Shown: positions 1 to 7,294 of the stretch, one piece after another | Position numbering within the stretch: position 1 is the first letter of the stretch | How the letters are laid out: each line of letters starts with the position of its first letter | Virus record (IMG/VR): IMGVR_UViG_3300002461_000156 | Coordinates: 1 to 43,558 of that record | Source: a virus | DNA: 43,558 nt | Strand: one strand, 5' to 3' | The notes under the pieces: generated by a model | What the model was told of the DNA's origin: nothing | Seen by the model: only the letters and a program-made list of their open reading frames with translations | The model's database searches: none | Made by a program: the position numbers and the translations under genes

Positions 1-94
1 CTTACCGCGGCGGTACTCATCAAATGCACCGGCACCGACGGCACCGACAGCGCTGGCGACATTACGGCCAACGGCATGCTGGTCGAAGTCATTA
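1..94. repeat. Terminal direct repeat. Nt 1-94 are identical to nt 43465-43558, consistent with the assembly overlap of a circular or circularly permuted genome.
   Basis: Read directly. Both copies run from cttaccgcggcggtactcatc to ggtcgaagtcatta. The repeat lies inside an ORF that only reaches its stop (TAA 97-99) when the ends are joined. Confidence 0.9.
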
Positions 95-99
95 AGTAA
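1..99 (+). CDS. 3' end of the wrap-around ORF that starts at 42961. The joined product is 200 aa, a fibre or tail-associated protein with a signal-peptide-like N-terminus.
   Basis: Frame 1 is open from nt 1 to TAA 97-99. It is in frame with ATG 42961 once position 43465 is equated with position 1 (603 nt total). Confidence 0.7.
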   Translation, partial: LTAAVLIKCTGTDGTDSAGDITANGMLVEVIK

Positions 100-171
100 A
101 TTCGACGGACCCAGGAGAAGCGGCTATGGATATGCTGAAGGGCCTTACGAAGTCATCGCCGAAGGCGGAAG

Positions 172-747
172 ATGCAAGCACCAAGTGCAAGGGCGGAAGC
201 GTCAACGAAGGTGCCACCCGTGAAGGCACCGCAAAGACGCCGAAAACCCTCGGCCCCCGCGAAGCCTGACGCCGATCTCGTTTTTGCGTGGGAGCGCTTC
301 CCGGAGTTCGCCGGGGAGTGCTCTCCGCTTTTTCTGCGGCACTGGAAAGAAATCGCGCTTAACCAGGACACTGTGCCGCTCGATCCCGACTGGGACCGCT
401 ACTACGCGCAGGCGCTCGCAGGTGTTCTTCAAACGCTCACGGCGCGCGTGGATGGCAAGTTAGTCGGCTACGTGTTCGCGCTCGCCGGTCCGCACCTGCA
501 CTACAACTCAACTTTGTTTGCCGTCACCGATATGTTCTGGCTCGACCCACTATACCGGCGTGGATGGGGCGGCTATAAGATGCTGAACGCCTTCGTGCAG
601 GGCTTGAAGGAAACCGGCGTAAAAGTCTGTTTCATAAGCGAGAAAGTCCACTTCAAGAACGCACGCACGAAGGGAGTGAGCACGCTCCTTAAGCGGCTCG
701 GGTTCAAGCCCACCGACCTCACGTGGTCGTTGAAGCTGGGGGACTAG
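172..747 (+). CDS. GNAT-family N-acetyltransferase-like protein (191 aa) with a basic Pro/Ala-rich N-terminal extension.
   Basis: The ORF track gives the frame. The C-terminal ~150 aa has a GNAT-like layout: LVGYVFAL beta strand, then LDPLYRRGWGGYKMLNAFVQGLKETG, which resembles the acetyl-CoA-binding R-x-x-G-x-G/A segment. GAAGG lies upstream of ATG 172. The start could be later. Confidence 0.6.
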   Translation: MQAPSARAEASTKVPPVKAPQRRRKPSAPAKPDADLVFAWERFPEFAGECSPLFLRHWKEIALNQDTVPLDPDWDRYYAQALAGVLQTLTARVDGKLVGYVFALAGPHLHYNSTLFAVTDMFWLDPLYRRGWGGYKMLNAFVQGLKETGVKVCFISEKVHFKNARTKGVSTLLKRLGFKPTDLTWSLKLGD

Positions 748-750
748 ACG

Positions 751-1599
751 ATGGGCGTCGTAGCAGGTGTTGGCTCCGCGATCGGTGGTCTATCCGGCTT
801 GTTTGGCAGCAAGGGCAAAGTCCCGCAGCCCCAGCAACTCCAGAATTTCGGTGCTGCCGACCAAGGCGCGTTCAGCAATACGAACACGCTGGCGAACAAC
901 TCGCAGGCACACCAGAACCTTCCCTATTACCAGTCCAACGTCTTCGGGTTCCAGAATAACCCGCAGGTGCAGCAGGCAGGCCAAGCCGCGTTCGGGCAGG
1001 GTCAGACCGCGATGAACGCGGGCAACGCGTGGCAGGGTCCGGCTATGTCGCTGGTGCCCTATGCGACCGACCTGATGACGCGCGGCTTCGACCCGCAGGG
1101 TGAATTCAAGAACCGCGCGCTACACAATACGCTGGAGAGCACGCGCGCCGGGCAGGCTGCGCGCGGCATCAACATGACGCCGTATGGCGCTGGGCTCGAG
1201 GACAAATCGGTCCGCGACTTCAATCTGGACTGGGAAAATACCGCGCTGCAACGCGCGGGCTATGCAGGCCAGACCGCCGCCGGCATGATCGGGCAGGGCG
1301 CGAACGCGAGCCAGACCGGCGCGAATATCGCAGCTTCGGGCGTGCCGCTCATGACGCAGGGCGCGCAGCTTCCGTTCCAGTCGAACATCGGCGCACTCGA
1401 CGCGCTCAGCCGCGCGGGCGGTCAGGTCGACCAGAACACGCTCGCCGCGATCCAGCAGTATCTGTCGTACATTAACCGCGGTCAGGCCGGACAGCAGCTT
1501 GGCATGCAGGGCCAGCAGCAGCAGTTCGGACAGAACCAAGTTTATGGCAGCGCGATCGGGCAGGGCCTTCAGGCACTGTCGCCGTGGGGTATCTTCTAA
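751..1599 (+). CDS. Gln/Gly/Asn/Ala-rich virion internal (ejection-type) protein, 282 aa.
   Basis: The ORF starts 4 nt after the GNAT stop. Its composition is low-complexity Q/G/N-rich. It sits in the block that follows the tail genes. The function is inferred from position only. Confidence 0.5.
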   Translation: MGVVAGVGSAIGGLSGLFGSKGKVPQPQQLQNFGAADQGAFSNTNTLANNSQAHQNLPYYQSNVFGFQNNPQVQQAGQAAFGQGQTAMNAGNAWQGPAMSLVPYATDLMTRGFDPQGEFKNRALHNTLESTRAGQAARGINMTPYGAGLEDKSVRDFNLDWENTALQRAGYAGQTAAGMIGQGANASQTGANIAASGVPLMTQGAQLPFQSNIGALDALSRAGGQVDQNTLAAIQQYLSYINRGQAGQQLGMQGQQQQFGQNQVYGSAIGQGLQALSPWGIF

Positions 1600-2837
1600 T
1601 GATCTCCGGGCTGTCAGCAGCGTATGGCGGCTACCAGGGCGCTGCAAAAAACGAAGGCGAGATCATCCGGAACCTGCTGGAGAACCAGCAGCGCTCGAAC
1701 CAGCTTCAGGGCGCCGAGGCATTTGGCCGCGCGCTGCCGGGCATCTTCCAAGCGCAGGTGCCGAACGCGATGCCGATGGGGCCGCAAGGGCCTCAGTCGC
1801 CGTTGCCGCCGGGACCGGGGCAAGTCTCGCCCCCGAATGGCCAGATCGAGAACCCGCACGCATGGACCGGCATGGTACCTCCGGGTACGGACGTGCCCCC
1901 CATGTTTCCGGGCAATCCGGCCGCAGGCCCTGCGCCTATGATGCCGCCGGGGCCGATGGGGCCGCAGGCAGGGCCGCCGCAAGCGCCCCAGATGCCGATG
2001 CAGCCGCAAGGACCGCAGGCAGGCCCTATGGGCATGCAGCAGCCCCAGATCGACTGGCAGACGGCCGTGCTCGCGATCCAGCGAAGCAACCCGAATATCA
2101 GCCCGGCCGCCATGGCGGGAGCGGTCGACAAACTGTTCCCGATCATGAATGCGCAGTCGCAGCAGCAATGGCAACGTCTTCGCATGCAGCTTCAGGCGCA
2201 GGCGCTGGAGAACCGCGTCACCCAGTCGAACCGCCGCGAAGACCGGCAGGAACGCACGCTGGACGAGACCACGCGCCGCTTCGACGTGCGCGAGGACGGC
2301 CGCAATAACCGCGCCAACGCGCAAAATGAGATCCGTCGCGAGAATGTGAACCAGCGCGATCAGCAGTTTCAGGCGCGTGAAAGCCGCCTCGAGAAGCGCC
2401 TGTCGCTGGACATGGAGCGCCTGGCCGAGACCGTGCGCAATAACAACCAGCGCAGCGCTGACATGAAGGCGCGGTCGGCAACCGTGGCTGACTTGCGCAA
2501 ATGGGAAGGGCTTAACCGGCAGCTTCACAATGCCATGACCGAACGCATTCAGGCCGCGCGCGACATGACCGGCCCGCAGAAAGAGCAGGCCATGGCGGAA
2601 GCGAAGACGCGCTACGACACCACGCTCCAGGAGATCGAGCGCCAGCGTGCGACGGTCGAGAACCCGCAGGGGCCGGCCGCGCCGTCGCAGACGCCGAACG
2701 CTCCGCAGCGCCAGAACAACGCGCCCGCGCAGTTGCCGCCGCAGGCCGTGACGCAGCTTAAAGAAGGGCAAACCACGACCTTCAACAACGGACAGCAGTG
2801 GACGTTGCAAAACGGGCAGCCTGTACGGGTGAAGTGA
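1599..2837 (+). CDS. Pro/Gln-rich coiled-coil virion internal protein, 412 aa.
   Basis: ATG 1599 overlaps the upstream TAA (TAATG). It has a PMGPQGPQ-type proline repeat region followed by a long charged R/E/Q helix-like region. An in-frame GTG at 1584 is an alternative start. Confidence 0.5.
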   Translation: MISGLSAAYGGYQGAAKNEGEIIRNLLENQQRSNQLQGAEAFGRALPGIFQAQVPNAMPMGPQGPQSPLPPGPGQVSPPNGQIENPHAWTGMVPPGTDVPPMFPGNPAAGPAPMMPPGPMGPQAGPPQAPQMPMQPQGPQAGPMGMQQPQIDWQTAVLAIQRSNPNISPAAMAGAVDKLFPIMNAQSQQQWQRLRMQLQAQALENRVTQSNRREDRQERTLDETTRRFDVREDGRNNRANAQNEIRRENVNQRDQQFQARESRLEKRLSLDMERLAETVRNNNQRSADMKARSATVADLRKWEGLNRQLHNAMTERIQAARDMTGPQKEQAMAEAKTRYDTTLQEIERQRATVENPQGPAAPSQTPNAPQRQNNAPAQLPPQAVTQLKEGQTTTFNNGQQWTLQNGQPVRVK

Positions 2838-2838
2838 C

Positions 2839-5800
2839 ATGGCGCAGGATCCGTGGGGTGTCGCGCCGCAAACCGAGCCGGACCCGTGGGGTGTAGCGGC
2901 ACCGCCAGACCAGAACGCAGATGATCCTTGGGGCGTGGCCGGTCGGCAGGCGCCTGCGGTCGCATCGCCGCACGTAAACCCGGACCTGCCGCCCCCGGAA
3001 GAAACGCTGAACCTTTTGACGGCCCGCCCTGAAACGATGGACTGGTCGGCCCTCGACACCATGACGAAGAAGCTGCCGCCCGTGGAGCGCACGCCTTCGA
3101 CGTTCGAGCGCTTCCACCGGCCGGTGACGCAAATTCCGGCTGAAGCATGGGACGCCACGAAGAAGACGGCGTTGAGCGCGGCTGAAGACCTTGGACCAGC
3201 CAACTACGAAAAGATGCGCGAGGAACAGAAAAACTCGTCGCCGTTTAACCCGATGCCGCAGATCAACCAGATAGGCCGCTTCGGGCGTGGCATGCTGTCG
3301 GCAGCCTCCATCCCGTTTGCGCCGTTCATGGGTGCCGCGAACTCGCTGATCGGCTACCCGTATGCGGAAGCGCAGGCAGCACTTCGCGGTGTCACGCCCG
3401 ACAGCAAGCTGTTTGGCGAAGCGAAGGAAGCGGTCGAGACGTCGATGATGGCCGTGCGGCCGAGCCGCGGCGGGTTGAAGGTCGCGCCGAAAGCAGGTCC
3501 GACGCTCGATCTAAATGTGGCTGCACCTGCGCCGAAGGCAGGCCCGACACTGGAAGCTGCCGCCGCGCCAGACCCATGGGCCGTGAAGGGCGACAGCCCG
3601 ATGCCGTCGGCTCCGCGCGCACCCACGCCTGACGAGCGCCTGGTGCTCGATCGCGTGGCGCCACCGGAAAAGCAGCCTCTCCCGACGCCGAACGAAATGT
3701 ACCGCGACTACGTGGACGACCAGCACCTGCTGAAGAAGGCCACGGAAGCGATGACGAACGGCGTGAAACTGGACACGGTGTTCGACCCGTACGATCTCGC
3801 GCGCCTCACGCGCGGGTCCGGCGGCAAGGCGCAGCACGCCGTCAACCACGGCACCTTCGACTTCAGTACGTTCGAAGTGAACGGCCCGGCGCTGAAAGAA
3901 ATCCTCGCGCCCGTGAAGAACGACACCGACCGCTTCAAGGCGTACATCATGGCGAAGCGCGCGGTCGAACTGGATGCGCGCGGGATCGAAACCGGCATCG
4001 ACATTCCGGCGGCGAAGCGCATCATTGCCAGCCAGAACGACCCGTCGTTTGAGAAAGCGGCGCAGGGCCTGACCGAGTTCCAGCACAAGACGCTCGATTA
4101 CCTGCGCGACAGCGGCATGCTGTCGGCCGAAGTCGCGGACAAGATGAAGGATCTGAACGCGGCGTATATTCCGTTCCACCGTCTGCTGGACCCGGAAGTG
4201 CCGTTGCGCGGTCCCGGCGCGAACCTGCAAGCAGCGCAACCCGTCAAAGGCATTAAAGGTTCGGACAAGCTGATCCTCGACCCGATCGAGAGCATGATCC
4301 GCAACACCTACACCTACATGGCGAACGCGGAAAAGAACCGTGTAAACAACGCGCTCGTAAACCTGATGGAGAAAAGCCCCGTCGGTGGCGAATTCGGCCA
4401 CAAGGTGCCGACGAAAACGCGCCCCGTGGAAGTGGCTGAAAGCGAAGTCGCTGCATGGCTACGCGACCACAACCTGCCGGAAGAATTGGCCGAACCCCTC
4501 ACCGTTTTCCGAGCCGCGAACCAGAAGAACGCACCGAACGAAATCACGGTCTGGCGCGACGGCAAAGCCGAGACGTGGGAAGTGAAGCCCGAGATCGCGC
4601 AGGCCGTAAAAGGTCTGGACGAACAGATGCTCGGCGGCATCATGAAGGCGCTGTCGAAACCGGCAAGCTGGCTTCGTGCAGGCGCCGTGCTCGACCCCGC
4701 GTACATTCTGCGCAACCCGACGCGCGACCAGTTGACGGCGTTCGTGCAGTCGAAGAACGGCTACAAGCCTTTCCTCGACTTGTTCCGCGGCATGGTCCAG
4801 ATCGGCACCAAGGGCGAAGGCTTCAAGGACTGGCTGAAGGGTGGTGGCGCGCAGGCGGCACTGGTCGCCATGGACCGCGACTATGCGGGCTACGACTTCA
4901 TGAAGCTGGGCCGCGATCGCACGCTGCTCCAGAAAGCGAAAAACGTAATCACGTCCCCACTGGAGGTTTTGCGCACCGCGTCCGAGACCATGGAGAACGC
5001 AACGCGCATCGGCGAGTTCATGCGTGCGCAGAAGGGCGACCGCTCGGCACGATCGACCATGCGCGCGGCGCTCGACGCGCGGAACGTGACGCAGGACTTC
5101 TCGCGCGTCGGCGCGCAGATGCGCGGCATGAACGCGATCACGGCGTTCATGAATGCGAATATCCAGGGTACGGACCGCATGGTGCAGTCTTACCGCGAGC
5201 GCAAAGCGGAAACGCTGCTGAAGCTGGCTGCGGGCATCACGGCACCGTCGTTCTACCTGTGGATGGCGAACCGGGGCGATCCGCGCTGGGAGAACGCACC
5301 GCACTGGGAAAAGGATATGTTCTGGTTCATCCTCGACCAGAAGGACAAGAACGCCGAGCCGGTAAAAATTCCGAAGCCGTTCACGCAGGGCATGCTGTTT
5401 GGCTCGCTGCCCGAGCGCATGCTGTCGCAGTATTTTGACAAGAACCCGAAAGCCTACGATGCCTTCGCGAAAAACCTGCTGGGCTCGGTTACGCCGAACT
5501 TCATCCCGACCGCCGTGGTGCCGCCTCTCGAGCACATGACGAACTACTCGACCTTCTACGGCACGCCACTGGTATCGAAGCGCAACCAGAACCTGATGCC
5601 TGCCGAGCAGTCGACGCCGGGGTCCACCGAACTTTCGAAGCGGCTCGGCCGAGGCATTTCAAAATTGCCGTGGCTCGAGGAAAGCAGCTTCGCTTCCCCG
5701 CAGGTACTCGACAACTATATCCGCGGCTGGACCGGCGGCCTCGGCACCGGCTTCGTGAAGAACGCGGTCGACCCGCTGCTTGAGAAGATCAGTCCGAGCG

Positions 5801-6210
5801 GTGCGCCGGAAGCACCCGAAGCCAAGAACTCGGACCGCTACATTCTGCGCTCGTTCACGTCGCGCTACCCGTCAGCGAACATGCAGCCTATCCAGGACTT
5901 CTATGAAGGCCACGACCGCATGGAGAAGCTGGTCCGGACCGCGAAGGAACTCGAGCGCAAAGGCGACGAGGCCGGGGCCAAAGCGTACAACGCCCGCGTC
6001 ACCGAGCGCACCGTGGCGATCAAGCGCCAGATGGACAAGCTGAACGCCGAAGTCCGGGAGACGCAGGTGGACCGCACCATGACGCCTGCCGAGAAGCGCG
6101 TGAAAATCGACAATGCTTATTTCCGCATGCTGAAGCTGGCGCAGGATGGGAACAAGGCACTGGCTAAACCGGAAGGTAAGCAGGAGCCGCTAACCTACGG
6201 AATAGACTAG
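2839..6210 (+). CDS. Large (1123 aa) virion-associated or ejection protein with DPWG(V/A) repeats at the N-terminus.
   Basis: It is the longest ORF in the window and starts 2 nt after the upstream stop. I recognised no catalytic motif. Size and position match the large internal or ejection proteins of podoviruses. Confidence 0.5.
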   Translation: MAQDPWGVAPQTEPDPWGVAAPPDQNADDPWGVAGRQAPAVASPHVNPDLPPPEETLNLLTARPETMDWSALDTMTKKLPPVERTPSTFERFHRPVTQIPAEAWDATKKTALSAAEDLGPANYEKMREEQKNSSPFNPMPQINQIGRFGRGMLSAASIPFAPFMGAANSLIGYPYAEAQAALRGVTPDSKLFGEAKEAVETSMMAVRPSRGGLKVAPKAGPTLDLNVAAPAPKAGPTLEAAAAPDPWAVKGDSPMPSAPRAPTPDERLVLDRVAPPEKQPLPTPNEMYRDYVDDQHLLKKATEAMTNGVKLDTVFDPYDLARLTRGSGGKAQHAVNHGTFDFSTFEVNGPALKEILAPVKNDTDRFKAYIMAKRAVELDARGIETGIDIPAAKRIIASQNDPSFEKAAQGLTEFQHKTLDYLRDSGMLSAEVADKMKDLNAAYIPFHRLLDPEVPLRGPGANLQAAQPVKGIKGSDKLILDPIESMIRNTYTYMANAEKNRVNNALVNLMEKSPVGGEFGHKVPTKTRPVEVAESEVAAWLRDHNLPEELAEPLTVFRAANQKNAPNEITVWRDGKAETWEVKPEIAQAVKGLDEQMLGGIMKALSKPASWLRAGAVLDPAYILRNPTRDQLTAFVQSKNGYKPFLDLFRGMVQIGTKGEGFKDWLKGGGAQAALVAMDRDYAGYDFMKLGRDRTLLQKAKNVITSPLEVLRTASETMENATRIGEFMRAQKGDRSARSTMRAALDARNVTQDFSRVGAQMRGMNAITAFMNANIQGTDRMVQSYRERKAETLLKLAAGITAPSFYLWMANRGDPRWENAPHWEKDMFWFILDQKDKNAEPVKIPKPFTQGMLFGSLPERMLSQYFDKNPKAYDAFAKNLLGSVTPNFIPTAVVPPLEHMTNYSTFYGTPLVSKRNQNLMPAEQSTPGSTELSKRLGRGISKLPWLEESSFASPQVLDNYIRGWTGGLGTGFVKNAVDPLLEKISPSGAPEAPEAKNSDRYILRSFTSRYPSANMQPIQDFYEGHDRMEKLVRTAKELERKGDEAGAKAYNARVTERTVAIKRQMDKLNAEVRETQVDRTMTPAEKRVKIDNAYFRMLKLAQDGNKALAKPEGKQEPLTYGID

Positions 6211-6239
6211 GGAACTGAATTCTGCTACGGGTGTTGAGC

Positions 6240-6728
6240 ATGACACAGGCACCACAGATGCACCCGCTTTTGGCAGAACCCGCGCCCGCGTTCCTGTCGG
6301 CTATGCAGCCGACGAGCGGTCCCGTGCGCGCGGCCGTGTTCGAGTTGCCCGAAGTGCCGAAGCTGAGCGCCATGGACAGCGCGCAGATCCCGGACGTGCG
6401 CCCGCAGGCGGAAGCCGCTGCGATCGAGCCGGTGCTGGATGCGTCCACCGCGCTCGACGATCTCACGCACGCGGGCCTGAGGCACCTGAAGACCGTGCTC
6501 GACATGCCGATGCCTGACCCGCACATGGACCACTTCAGCACCGTGTTCAAAGGCAAGTTGCAGGCAGCGAATACCGCGCTGCTCACCCAGACGCGCGTGG
6601 ACGAGAACCGGCTGCGCCGGAAGAACTCGGACAAAATGAGCGAAGTCCTGAAGATGATGGCCGCGGCGAAAGCTACGCTGCCGACCGACACGAAGATGAT
6701 CGAAGGCAGTTACGCCGTCGTCGGATAA
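6240..6728 (+). CDS. Hypothetical protein, last gene of the rightward arm (162 aa from ATG 6240; GTG 6231 is an alternative start).
   Basis: The ORF track gives the frame. Third-position GC is high, as in neighbouring genes. I recognised no motif. Confidence 0.55.
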   Translation: MTQAPQMHPLLAEPAPAFLSAMQPTSGPVRAAVFELPEVPKLSAMDSAQIPDVRPQAEAAAIEPVLDASTALDDLTHAGLRHLKTVLDMPMPDPHMDHFSTVFKGKLQAANTALLTQTRVDENRLRRKNSDKMSEVLKMMAAAKATLPTDTKMIEGSYAVVG

Positions 6729-7294
6729 ATTTGGTGCCAGTCCAGCTTCGGCCACGCGGCGAGCGGCGCTAAAGCGCGGCGTTCTCTGCGCGTCCCCGTG
6801 AGGGTCCAGTATTTATATTTTGGCTTCCGGCGCACGCGAGTGAACTGGTTGCAGCGAAACGCATCGCGGGAATGTTTTCCTGCCACCACGTAATCGTACC
6901 GCGGCGTTTTTCGCTCCATGTCGGTGTAGCCCGCGTAGAAGAAGTTAAGCGCACGGTAAATATAACCAGCGTGGCCGTGCGCTGTGTCCGCGTAAGACAC
7001 CACGATCAGTGGAGGGAGCAGGGCCAAGGCGCGCGATACAAACCAACTTTCCGTATTTTTTGGTTGCGCATCTTCCACCCAGAGGCGGTTTAACTCGATA
7101 ACTTTTTCAGGTGCTGTGGGTGCGGCAGACACTTGCAGGTGGCGGCTTGGGGGTGTGCCGAACGTGATGACCCCGGCGATGCGGTCTCCGTCGAGCAACC
7201 CGAAGGCGAACGATACCGGCGGCTTACGGTGCAAATAGTGGTGTTGTTCAACCAGGCTTCGCGCAATTTTAGACGTTATCGGCTGCACGATCAC
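6710..7294 (-). CDS. Mom-like (GNAT-fold) DNA-modification protein candidate, 194 aa.
   Basis: Motifs read from the translation are QHHYLHRKPP...FGL, ELNRLWV and VSYADTAHGHAGYIYRALNFFYAG. They match my recollection of the phage Mu Mom family signature (HHY ... ELNRL ... SYAD-x3-GH-x-G-x-IY-x-A-x-N). ATG 7294 overlaps the primase stop (ATGA). Confidence 0.5.
   Translation of the reverse strand: MIVQPITSKIARSLVEQHHYLHRKPPVSFAFGLLDGDRIAGVITFGTPPSRHLQVSAAPTAPEKVIELNRLWVEDAQPKNTESWFVSRALALLPPLIVVSYADTAHGHAGYIYRALNFFYAGYTDMERKTPRYDYVVAGKHSRDAFRCNQFTRVRRKPKYKYWTLTGTRRERRALAPLAAWPKLDWHQIYPTTA

Noticed and set aside
1614-3203. Very long antisense ORFs: 529 aa here, 521 aa at 39703..41268, 336 aa at 33343..34353 and 426 aa at 7858..9138.
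   Set aside because: They are Arg/His/Ala-rich translations that lie entirely opposite well-supported genes. This is the usual stop-codon-poor antisense frame of GC-rich DNA.
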